64,000 nt of DNA from Camelus dromedarius. Its lineage: Eukaryota. Below are positions 1 to 11,599 of this stretch, piece after piece. The notes below the pieces were generated by a model. That model did not search any database, was not told the DNA's origin, and saw only the letters and a program-made list of their open reading frames with translations. A program made the translations under genes and the position numbers. The first letter of the stretch is position 1, and each line of letters begins with the position of its first letter. The stretch is from contig NC_087437.1 of assembly GCF_036321535.1 (NCBI RefSeq), forward strand, positions 44,332,001 through 44,396,000, read 5' to 3'.

Positions 1-109
1 CCCTCTGGTCATAATTTAATTTAATTAAGTCTGTACTCTAAAGTTGTAAGCGCCAAATACTTCTAATTTCTTAAACTCTATAGAATTTCTGGAGTGATCT
101 TTGTTAATA

Positions 110-310
110 GATCACTTACAATATGTTAGACCTTGTTCCTAAGCATCCTTAGTCACTTACATCATTTACTCATAGAAATGCTACAGATACGGTGCTATTA
201 TTATTTCCACTTTACGAGTGTGGAATTTAAGTGTAACGATATTAAGCGACTGGTCTAAATTACATAGCAGAGCTATGATGTGAACCCAGTAGTTTGACTA
301 TGGAGTCTGC
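110..310 (-). mobile_element. MIR SINE, degraded
   Basis: attatttccactttacg...attaagcgactggtctaaattacatagcagagctatgatgtgaacccag resembles the reverse complement of the MIR core. Confidence 0.7.
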
Positions 311-3129
311 TGATTTGGAGATTGGTAAGGTCAGGGCATTCATGTAGTAAATTCCCTCGTTGCAGTTGCTGAACAAGAAAGTAATAGTGCTGTGATCATA
401 TTTCTAAATGGCATTCATAATAGATAACTTATTAGAAGGAAACCTTTTTTATCATGTATTTATCATCTAAAATACTTGCCAGGTGTTGTGTTAAGCTGAA
501 TCTATAGCAGCCAGAGACTGTATTTTATATGTTGAAATTTCAGCCTATTTCTGTATTCATCTTTTATTTCTACATAATTTACTTAGTTTCAGCCAGTAAA
601 AATGTATGAAAGAAAGCATTCAGAAGTATCAATTTTTTAAACTAATCATATGCATAGTAAGACTAAAAATTTATTTTTTTATTGATCTAAGCTTGTCATA
701 GTCTAGGAAAAATACCTTTCAGTTCAACTTATATTTGCTTTCTTTCCCTTACGGAGGAATAAGTGTATATAAAAGATAAATGTTCTAGTATATTGAGTTT
801 TGAAAACAATTTAGCCTTTGTGGGCCTGGGTGGGAAGGGATCTCACCTAAGTGAATAAGATATGTTGAAAACATGGAGAATATTTTGTACTTTGCAGAAA
901 AATTGCATTTTATTAAAAAAAAAAAAGGCTAAGTGATACAATATAGAATGTAAGGATGGTTACAGATGTTTCTGTTTGAAGAAATGTAAGTTTCTATGAG
1001 CTGGTCTACACCAAAGTGCTATCTTTTAGAGGAAGATCGATGTGGTAGATTCTAAAATCTAGTTCATGTGTTTTTAAATTTACTCTTACTCATCTAGGGG
1101 AGGTGAAAAGTAATAAGACAATATAAAAGAAATATCATGTATACATGTTGTAGAAAATATATAATGTTTGGCATAATTAAACAATCATGTCTAAGACATG
1201 CTGATTTTCCTGAAGATTTCTTTTTATAATATAGTCTTTGTTGTACTTGGGAATTTTAAAGTTCTGGTGAAAAAAATGTGAAATGTCCTTTACTTGACCT
1301 CAGGGGACACAGGTTTTTAAAGAGAGATACATTCTTTGTGGGACAAATTAAATAATTTGTGCTAACTCCAAATTGAATGTGTAGTTAGTTTTATTTAGTA
1401 GTTTATTACTTAGTTTAACTTTTAAGGAGTTCATTTTAAACAGATGAAGAGAAAACTGTCAGTGCAGAGGTTTATATTTTTGTAAAAGCTAAGTTCTTTT
1501 CTTTAAGGCAAGATAAATTTTAAAAGAAATGGATTTCTGATGGATTTATAATAAACATAAACTGACTATACCAAGTAAGAGGTTAAAATGTTTCATTGTA
1601 CATGTTGTCACGTACTTACTTCCTTGGAAATTTTCCTTAAAATACTTTGCATTTTGTTACATCAGATGGCTCTATCTACCTTTTACCCAGATACTCCTCT
1701 CCTGGAAGATAGAATTTAGTGTAAATTTATAAATGTGTAATGAGTCCAAAAGTGGTAGTAAGGGTGTCAGGAAGATATCCATCATGGTGAGGAGTTAATA
1801 TCTGTATCTGCATTACATTCTAATTGATGGCTCTGTCTGATGTTTGAAAAGCATTAAATTGCTGATGTACATGTGATGGAATACCTATTGTCAGGCTAGA
1901 AATGAAAACTCTGTGTCATCACTGCAGTTGGTTTTTAAATGATTTGTAGAGAAATGACTGAATGTTTGTATTAGAAGTCAGAGTTAGGGATCTCACATTT
2001 CTGTAGTCACTCCAGTGTGCCAAATCTTCCTCAGGCATAAACCAGGCTCTACAACTCAATTCTTTAAAAAGCCTCTAGAAAGACTCTGATTCATTAAAGT
2101 GGGAGGGGAAAAAAAATCTAGAAAACTACATTGAGACAGTATTTAAGTAAATTAATAATGCATGAACAGAACAGTGAAAGAAGTGAGTATCATAATGTCA
2201 TGTCATGATTGCAGGAAATTTTTTTGATATTTCAAGACAAACAAAAATACTGACGAGTGTTAAGAAATTGCAGTATTTTGTAATGTATATTGAAAAACTG
2301 AATTGTAAGGTATTTAACATTAGTTTACCACTAACTTATTAATCTTACATTTTTATAAAACCATAAATCACCTTAAGAAGTGTGTACCAAAATATCGCTT
2401 CTCAGTCTGAAGATTTATTCACCTTTGGACCTCAGCTTCCTCTTCTGTAATATATGAAAGGTTAGAATCGTGGATTATAAAGATACTTTATTTCTGCTAC
2501 CTTCAGGTTTTCCTATTCTCTAATATTGTCATCTTTTTTAACCAAGTGTGATTTAAAGTCATCTTCCATCAGTTAACCAACCATCTCCTAACCTATCTGA
2601 ATAATTACCACTAACTCCATATATCACTCCCTTTCTCTACTTGTCTCGATGTTACTGAAGACCATTCAAATGCTGCCCTTTCTTGAATCATCTTGGAAAC
2701 CAGGCCAAGCAGAAAAAAGGAAGAAGGAAGGAAGCAGGGCAGAAAAGAGGGAGGGGGATAAAAAAAGGTCTGCAGAATCACCCTTAGAGGCTGTTCTGAT
2801 ACATAGTACCAACTAAACATCTGCGTGGTAACAGTTGGTATGTCATGTGTTTGTTTGTTTGTTTGTTTTTTAATATTTTAGTCTCTACCTATAGACTAAA
2901 TGTTAAAAAAGAACTCAACTCTCATATATATGTGTGAATATACGCATGTATGTGTTTTATGCAACCTCCTCCCCTTCTCCACAATGTCCTGCAGAATTAT
3001 ATAGTTTCTTCTACATTGTTTAACTCCTTTCATTTCTTCTAAAAACCCTTGACAATCCTCCCTCCTTTAACACCAGAAATGTCTCTTCAAACCCTTATAG
3101 CCTATGTCACACTCAATGGATATTTTAGG

Positions 3130-3245
3130 TTCACTGTCTCAATTAATCCTATTGACAGCGCTATGAGGTTTTGTATTATCATTCCCGTTTCACAGGTGAA
3201 GACCCTGAGTTACAGAGAAGTTAAGCCTTTGGCTCCAGGTCACCC
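3130..3245 (-). mobile_element. MIR SINE fragment
   Basis: tattatcattcccgtttcacaggtgaagaccctgagttacagagaagttaag is the reverse complement of the MIR core. Confidence 0.75.
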
Positions 3246-3565
3246 TTTCCAAGCATTTTCTCTGAGTCTTTGGCTCCTGTGCTCCATCTTCCGTCACAGT
3301 ACACCAATCTGCGTTTTTCAGATAGTCCACATACGATGCACCACGCATCTTCATTCCTCTGCATGTTTGTAAATTGTCCTCTGCCTGGCTTCTCTCCTCT
3401 CACACCCCTGGTCTGCCGTAGTTTAACTCCTCCTCCTCTTGCCAAAAGGACCTCAGAGATCATATCTAGGGGGAATCGTTTCCTGTATTCTCTGCTAGAA
3501 TCTATCAACACTGTGCCTTGTATACTTTATGTGACTGACTTGTTTATGTATGTATATAGATAGAT

Positions 3566-3585
3566 GTGTGTGTGTGTGTGTGTGA
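3566..3585. repeat. (TG)n microsatellite
   Basis: Direct reading, about 10 units. Confidence 0.9.
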
Positions 3586-4988
3586 TTGTATCATCCCCTC
3601 TAGGAGTAGGGACCCATTCATCTTTGTGTTCATTGCCTATCCAACTAACTGACATGTATTAGATACTCACTATCATTGAGTCAGCTCTGGAAAAGAATAA
3701 ATCCTAGAATACAAGGTAGCAGATGAGCAATCTAGTCAGAATCATACTTTTTACTTTGTCAACTTTAATACTTCATTATACTTGAACTCTCCCAAACATT
3801 CAGAACATTTTAATTTGTGGGGGCTGCTGCCAGCCAGGATTAGAACTGTATATAAGCATAATTCTCTGCATAATGCCACTCCCTTTCATGCAGTCTTTGT
3901 ATCTTTTTCATTAGAGTTCACTTGTTAACAAGTGGCCCTAAGGCACTTAGCTAATCAGTTGTCAGTTGAGCTCTTTTTTTCACCCACCACAGTGGAACAC
4001 ACAGAAAAATCATAGAACATGGTGAGGGACCTTAGAATCCAGCTGGGATGACAAATCTAATACACAGAAAATTTAAGTATAAATACTCTTAATCAGCAAC
4101 CATAATACACCAGTGTGTTACTGAATACAGACTGAAGACCACTTGTAGTTAATTAACCCAGTTATCCTAATACCACTCTGCAGGATACAACAAACTGTCA
4201 TCCAAAACTGTGTAGGGGAGAAAACCCTCCATCTGCCACTCTGTAGCAAGGTTGTGAAACTGAACTCTCCTAGCTTGGCAAAAGGCTTCCCTCTTTGGAT
4301 GAAAGCCATCCCAGACATTTATTTAAAGTTCAGTGGGCCGGGCCAGTTCATGTCACTAATTCCATGGAACATGTTGGCCTTTTGTGGCAGCCTTTATGTT
4401 TTCCAATCATTTTGATAACTCATCACTAGGTAATATACCATATTTTCTGCTTGTATGTGTAGGGAGTTGCTTCTTCATTCAGATATTCTTATTCTGACAC
4501 TGAATTTGAATTTGTGTTTTAAAAATTAACTCTGGTAATGTAACTCATCCAAAGGTCTTTTTTCCCCCCTAACTTACAAATCACAGCTTTATTGCTTCTG
4601 TCCTTAGTTTTTCATAAACGTGATTTTGAAAATGTATAGGCTTAAATTTTGCCTTCATTGTAATACATTATCTTCAATACAGTTGTGCAATTGTGATTCT
4701 GTTTCTTCTGAGTCTCAAAAGCATAATGTGTGTGTATTTTATGTTTTCTTACAGTTTTTGTCTCAAAAACATTTTATTTATTGTCTTTTTTTTACCTTAT
4801 GGTAAACATCAACAGCAAAACATAAGATTAAATAATTAATGTGATATTTTGCAGGGCAGTACGTCCCCCTGATTATAATCACTAAAGTTTTATGGACACC
4901 TAATAGAGATTACTGTTTTGTTTTCGCCTTGGAGGTTTTCTTTAGTGTTGGCTTATTTTCAGAAAATACACTTATCTTATTTTCACAG

Positions 4989-5490
4989 GTAAGAAGATGG
5001 CCTATCAGAAGGTCAATGCAGATCAAAGAGCTCCAGGACATTCACATTACTTAGACAGTGATGACCTTCAAGCCACTGCCCTTGACTTAGAGTGGGACAT
5101 GGAGAAGGAACTGGAGGAGCCTGGTTTTGAGCAGTTCCAGCTTGATCGTGCTGAGAATCAGAACCTGGAGAATTCCGAGACTGCGGACCTCAATCTTGAT
5201 TCCATTCAACCAGCAACTTCACCCAAAGGAAGGTTTCAGAGACTTCAAGAAGAGTCTGACTATGTAACCCATTATACAAGATCTGCACCAAAGAGCAAAC
5301 CCTGCAACTTTTGCTGCCTTTTAAAAATATTTTGCACAGCAATCATTTTATTTATTTTTGGAATTTTGATAGGCTATTATGCACACAAAAAATGCCCTTC
5401 AAATGCTACATCTTCAGGAAAACTTGATCTTCAGTTATACCAAGAGATTCTCAAGACAATCCAAGCAGAAGATATTAAGAAGTCTTTCAG
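4989..5490 (+). CDS. NAALADL2: NAALADL2 internal coding exon (equivalent to human exon 2): cytoplasmic tail, transmembrane helix and start of ectodomain of an inactive M28/PSMA-TfR family type II membrane protein
   Basis: Translation (G)KKMAYQKVNADQRAPGHSHYLDSDDLQATALDLEWDMEKELEE...IFCTAIILFIFGILIGYYA...YQEILKTIQAEDIKKSFR closely matches my recollection of the human NAALADL2 N-terminus. Acceptor is cttatcttattttcacAG (AG at 4987-4988). Donor is CAG|GTAAGT (GT at 5491). Phase 1 start, phase 2 end. The TAA that ends the ORF-track call at 5494 is part of the intron donor. Confidence 0.96.
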
Positions 5491-6721
5491 GTAAGTGTGG
5501 AAGGAGTGGATGTTGGTGGGATGCATCTCCTGGAAAAGATGTGGCACAGGGAGTAGCAAACTATTGATTTTGCTATAGTTTAAGGTTAGTCTTGCAAGCT
5601 GAGAAACATAACTACTAGCGCACCCTGCACGGAGGGGGGTACACATTTTCAGATTTATGATACTGCAATACAAATTTATGGTACTGTTTTAATAATTGAT
5701 AATGAGAACCATAACTACTGTGGAAATTAAAAGCCAGTGAATTTTCTCCCTCTTGGGAAAGTCCCGGAAGGTCAAATTGGGATGCAAAGATTGCTGAATA
5801 TATGTGTAATAAAAACTAGGGTATTAGCCATATGATTGAAAATTTTAATGACATCGGAGTAAAATAAACCTGCTTTATGGACTGAAATAACTGTCTCTTA
5901 TGGTCAAGAGCTAAGATAAACACTGGTAGGATTTGGTCCCTTGCATCAGTGAGCTTCCCAACGAGCACATGTTTATTGAAACACATTGGGTTCCATATAG
6001 CAGGCAATTCTAAAAGGCCACCTCTCTCCTGAAGGTAAGTTTGCATTTGACCTCTCTAGCCAGAACGTGTTGTTTTTAAGTGAAATGAGAATAAAATATT
6101 CTTTATTGGGCCTTAATTCTGAATTCCTGGGAAAAGCTCCACTGACGTTATATAACTAGTGGGTAATTTAAATTGTGGTGCTTGTTACATTATCAGCATA
6201 TGTGCTGAATTGTAAAGGGTTCCCTAGCTTACATATTTAGTGAAGTGAGGAACTGGAAGAGGAGGGTTAGATATTCGCCTCCACCTATATTTTCCGTATT
6301 TGCCAATGAAAAACAGTCCTGGGTGAATCATAGGTGTTGTCTGTAGGTAGATGAGAGAAGGATACTAGGTCATAACTATATTCTTTCTGGGTTACAGTGA
6401 CTTATTACTGTCAAGATCTTGGCATGTGTGCATTACTAGGGATCTTCTAGGGAGTGTTCCCACTGAAGATGCATCTGTAATCTGTGTGCTAAAATACCAC
6501 ATGTATTCATGTTGGCGAATCATAATTCTCTTCCTGAATATCACATCTGAATGATTCATAGGAATTTGTTTCCTACACACTTTTATGTCTGTCATTTACT
6601 GTTGCATAGGTGTCTTTGGGTTTGCAATATGCAGGCAATAACACTTCCCCTGCTATTTCTTAATGTAAAGTGGTTCATATTGAATTGACTGAAAGGTACA
6701 GCATTATCTGATAATGAGTGA

Positions 6722-7150
6722 TTGTACCAGTCAGGATCCCACTGCAACAGAAAACTTCCTGAATATTTAAAGCAGAGGGGCATTTAAAGTAGGGAAATTA
6801 ATTCCATCAGTGATGAAAAACTAGGACGTCAGTCAGGGGACACTGATGCAGCCAAGAGATTAACAACAAAATAAAGCCGTTACTAAACCGTTGAGACTGG
6901 AGGGATGAAGGGAGTTGGGGTAACTTGGAGAAATCTGGTACTTTCTGCACATGCAAATGCGGGGGTGGGGGTGGGGATGTAACTTCAGCCAAAGACACCA
7001 CTGAAGACAGAAAGTGAGAAGTATCAGGACTTCTCTCTTCCTCCTGCCCTGTCCTACCAGTTTGTCCCATTGGCTGAACTCAGCAGAAAGGCTGATGGCT
7101 CAGAGCCTAGGAAGCCTCATCCTGAGGAGTTCAGATCCCTAGAGCAAGGG
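6722..7150 (-). mobile_element. Old MaLR (MLT1-type) LTR remnant
   Basis: tgtaccagtcaggatccc start and cccattggctgaactcagcagaaaggctga motif, both typical of older MLT1 LTRs. Confidence 0.55.
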
Positions 7151-8899
7151 AAAGGCAAGGAATCTGTCCAAAAAAAAAAAGAAAAAGAAAAAGATCTAAC
7201 TAGCACAGGGATGTTATTTTAAAAAGGAGAGGGAGAGAAGAAGAAAGAAAATAGAACTCTGTGAAGCTCTGTCTACTGTAAGTGCATCGTGGACATGTGT
7301 TCTATTACAAAAGCATCCTCTAGAAAAGGATTCATGGATTTAACTCCTTAATATTAAGAATAATTGCATTTTTCCTGAGCAACTGTTTAGTTTTTAATTA
7401 TGGACACAGTGAGTCTCATAACCCAGCCTGCTCTTCTCTTTACTTTGGCCTTTTAGTAAGTTCAGAGTCAAATTTATATTGAGATCATGAGGAACTTAGT
7501 GGCATGCATTTTGTGTACTAACCAGCCTACATGATTTTTCTCCTCACAGTCCTCTGGCTTTCTTTGCCTTTTTTTTTTTTTTTCCAGCCAGGAATGGTTT
7601 ATTCATGTTGCCTAAATGCAAGACACTGAAATACACAAAATAAGAAAGAAAAATCAATTCAAAATGTAGGTGCAGAAAGGGAAGTAGCTACTCACATGAA
7701 GGAAAGATGGTTTGAAAATAAAGAATCCAAAAAACTATTTTCCCACCTCCACCCTCTCCTCATTTTCTCTCTCTATCTCAAATCACAAATTGAAATTTCC
7801 TGGTTTTTTTTTTTCCTTAACTGAAAAAGGAGAATAAACTTATATCTGTCAAGTGTCCACTATGTTTTGGATTGAGACTTGTCCCTTTATTGTCTTTGCC
7901 TTATTTTTTTTCCAGCACTGTAGATGTAAAAAACTGACATGTCCTCTTTGCAAATAGGCAGCTGGTTCTAAAATTTTTTAAATGTGTAATTAAATAAAAA
8001 TATTCATTATTTCCCTCAGAGTAGGGATTGCATTACAGTAAGGCTTATATTCTTTTAAACTCAAAAATCAACAAACTATTTCAAAATATAACCACCAGCA
8101 ATTTTACTCCTAGGCAATATTCAGTGGTCGGACACAGATTCACAGTATGTTTTTTCAAATCACCACAGTTTTTTCCTTACTGAGATAATAGATTTTTTTC
8201 TTCAAAAATAATAATTTTGGTACAAATATGTTTACAGTAACTTTCTGAGTACCATCTCCTCATCCAAAGACAATGGTTGCCCTAGTAGTCATGCCAACCA
8301 CATGTCTTATTATGAGTTCCTGTGTTCATTAAGTCCTCTTGGCATTAAATCTGAACATCACAGGTTCCAACTGTTACTGTTAGTCAATTTATGATCAGTT
8401 CTGGGTTCTCACTGATCTATTTTATTCATCATTTGCTGTGTCTCTTCTCTGTTGATTCTCCATTCCTGCTCGTGCCCTAAGACAGTGTCAGTTCTTGCCA
8501 AACATACTAACGGTTGAGCAATATGAAAAATGTTTTTATAATGGATTAGACTGCAGACTCCATCAGGGAATGGAACAAACTTTATTTGTCCATTATTAGA
8601 CTCCTATTGTACAGGAGACATTGACTAAGTATTTTTCTAAAGGAGGAAATGAATGCATGGATAAGTGATAAACAGATCTATGTTTAATTGATCAAGTCTG
8701 CATTCTGAAAATCATTTTACTTACCATTTAGATTTTTCATATTATGATTATTTTCAAAACATTATAAAGATAATTCTTATTTATAATGTAATTATAAAAT
8801 CTGATTTTATATTATATAATTATGTTATAATTACTCAGACACTATGCTGTGTTCTGATTTTAGGTAAGTGACAGCTTATATCAAAACCAGATACTGTTT

Positions 8900-8996
8900 G
8901 GTGGAGGGTATAGCTCAGTGGTAGAGCGCATATGCCTAGTGTGCATGAGGTCCTGGATTCAATCCCCAGTACCTTCATTAAAAATAAATGAGTAAG
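8900..8996 (+). mobile_element. tRNA-derived SINE, camelid Vic-1 type
   Basis: ggagggtatagctcagtggtagagcgca...gaggtcctggattcaatccccagtaccttcattaaaaataaat; Pol III A box at 8911-8921, B box at 8955-8965, A-rich tail. Confidence 0.85.
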
Positions 8997-9883
8997 CGAC
9001 AGAGAAAAAGAGAGATAGGGAGGTGAGGGTGTATTTCTTTTTTCAAGCAAGCTGCCTGCATGACTGAAAAGAACTTACCATAGACAGAGCTAGAGGTATG
9101 GTCAGATGCCTGGAAGAAGGAAGCATGGAGGTGGACAAGAGTGTGTTACTCATGTCTAAGGAAGGTGAGAAGTCCCCAGGTGTGGGATGGGTGGGTGGTG
9201 GGTCTCCAGAGAGCTGATAAAGCAGGTCCAAGCGGAAAATTCAGCTACCTACTCCTGCTGGATTCAGAGTACTCTGCCAGTTCATCAGAGGACCTTCCAA
9301 GTGAGAGAGAACTTCTTGCTCCGCCTTTGCCTGTTCTCACTTGCTCTGTTTCAACCTTGAAGGTTTCAGCTGTGAGAGAGGAAGTGCAAAAACACAAATC
9401 AGAGAGAAATGACTAATCTCCTTTGTTCTACTGCAAGTTTCACAATCTGGAGATGATCAGAAAGTGGGGACAAGTTCAGAGTTTTGATTATTAAATGATA
9501 CTGAACCTTTTAATTACTCATCGGAGGAATTCAAGTCACTTAACAGTGACCAGAATTACTAGAGTTTTTTACCCAGAAGCAGGTGTAGGAACCTAGCCCC
9601 AGTTAATATAAATAGGATTTTAAAAAGCTCTTTATGATTGCATTCCCTGAGTCATGTTTCTTCAATGTAGAGGTTACGCATGTGCTGTTTTTATGTGTAA
9701 TATTTTGGAAAAGAACATATTTGAATAATATGTTGAATCAGAGAATCCTTGATAGACATATTGACTGCATATTCCAGTTTAAAGACTTAGTTTTCCCTTA
9801 ATAAAGCCCACATATGCCACCTACTTGGTATCATGTTGAACAAATAAGAGAAAATCAGTCAACATGAACACAGGGATCTGAAG

Positions 9884-9885
<2 letters not shown>

Positions 9886-9936
<51 letters not shown>
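9886..9936. repeat. Perfect (TG)~25 microsatellite
   Basis: Direct reading. Confidence 0.97.
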
Positions 9937-9938
<2 letters not shown>

Positions 9939-10702
9939 TGATCTTCTAATAAGATTCTCTTGGACATTTCTGCCTGTACTTGTATTTGAAAAAATGAATT
10001 CACTCTTTTACACGGTTAGTTGATTTCTTTCATGTGTCTTCTGTGTAAATAGACAGGGTATATTCAGATATATATCAGATGTATTCAGATGTGTTAGATT
10101 TAAAATAAGCCATTAAAAGTTGCTGTAGTGTGTGCCTTCCATGCCTTGGAACAGTAACTACTTAGATAAAGCAAGTTTTTTGTAAGCGTCAAAATAGGAA
10201 ACTAGGCTCCCACAGTAATCTGTGAATAGGAATTATTCATCTGATGGGGACTTATTATTATGGAATTTGGATCCAGTCAGCTCCAGGGACCCCAGTAGCC
10301 ATAGACCTCTGATTTTCACTAAAGAGTTGAACAAAGTGACTTAACTCCCTTCCCACCTGTACTACTTTTTGCTTGCCTTGTTTTTCTCCCAATATCAACT
10401 TCTATGTTCCCCAATACATTATTCCTCCATTTCTGTTCCTCAGAATGAAGTATGATTTTTATCCTTTTGGGAGTCACAGATGTTTGTGACTCTGTCCAGT
10501 GTTTATCCCTAGTCTAATCAGCTTTGGCCATTTGGGATGCTGGTCATCTTGTATAAAACGTTTACTTAGGGCTGTTAAGAGAGCTCTTTAACTTAGAAGA
10601 AGCTTAAGTGTGGCAGGTACAGTGTCTTATTGGTATTAATAAAGTCATAGAGCCTTTATCATATATATATATATTTGAATGAATGACCTATAAGTGTGTA
10701 AG

Positions 10703-11326
10703 TGTTGCTGGTGATTATGTTCTTGCCACAGAAGGAATTCAGAGATGAGACAGGGAGGTTAAGGAAGTAAAGTGGGGATATATTAAGGGATAGATAGTAA
10801 CTCTCAAGGGGAGAGTGGGCAGGCTCAGGTGAGCAGCTGCCCTGAGTTTCTTTGGCAAGCTGGTGACATAGGTTGTAAAAATGAATGAGCAGAATATTCA
10901 TTGGGGAGGGAAGGGTTTGGGGTCTTATTCTCTGAGTTTTGTCTCAACCCCACCTTCTGGTGGGGAGGAGGTATTTTTGTCTTTATTTAGTCTAGATTGG
11001 AAGTGTCATGGCATCAGCGCATGACAGGTACTTCTAATCTGCAAGGCTAATTTTATTGAAATGAAGGCATAATGAGCAAAAGGTTACATTTGGACACTGG
11101 AGATCCCTTTCTTTGTCGGCTTCCAGGCCACTTGTCACCCCAAAATGTGTGACTGCTTATCATCCCAGAGGTTCCTGCTTTTCTTTCTCTGCCCAGGGAC
11201 CCCTGGTGCTTACATGATGTATGGTTTCCTGCATTTGGTCTGTGTCTCTCCTCTTTGCCCAATTCCTGCCATTTGGCCTGCGTCCCTCTTTCTCTGCTCA
11301 TACCTAGCTATCCGCCTGCTTTAACA
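10703..11326 (-). mobile_element. Solo ERV1-class LTR, full length (624 bp)
   Basis: Ends are TGTT...AACA with a perfect 4-bp TSD TAAG (10699-10702 and 11327-11330). The 4-bp TSD is typical of ERV1. Orientation is inferred from LTR-like composition. Confidence 0.85.
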
Positions 11327-11599
11327 TAAGTATATGTGTCCACATATATATATATTTGTATATATACACATACTAAAGATCATATGGACATTGCTGAACA
11401 AAGTGTTTTGAAAACTTAATTTGATTACCAAATATAATAATAAAATATTTAAAGTGAATAAACCAATGAGGTAAAGTATATTTTTATATGCAGGTATGTT
11501 GTCTTTTGATAGCTAGAGATGCTGTGAAATGGTGAGAAGAGAAAATGTATCCTAATTATGGCTGATATCTTTTTTCTTAATGGAAGAGGCATTACTGTT

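Noticed and set aside
4997..5494. Stand-alone 165-aa protein as given by the ORF track
   Set aside because: The stop codon lies inside the GTAAGT splice donor; this is an internal exon bounded by canonical splice sites.
6020..6040. cctctctcctgAAG|GTAAGT strong donor-like site (similar at about 28407, 39664 and 49229)
   Set aside because: A few such motifs are expected by chance in 64 kb of AT-rich DNA, and no paired acceptor or ORF supports an exon.
6960..6977. G-rich run gggggtgggggtgggg as a G-quadruplex
   Set aside because: Only three G-tracts, and it lies within an LTR remnant.
8900..8980. tRNA gene (also 36407-36480)
   Set aside because: A and B boxes are present, but the A-rich tails and two diverged copies indicate a SINE; I could not build a convincing cloverleaf.
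10061..10100. Period-10 imperfect repeat (tattcagat-like, 4 copies)
   Set aside because: Short slippage-type minisatellite with no spacers; not CRISPR-like.
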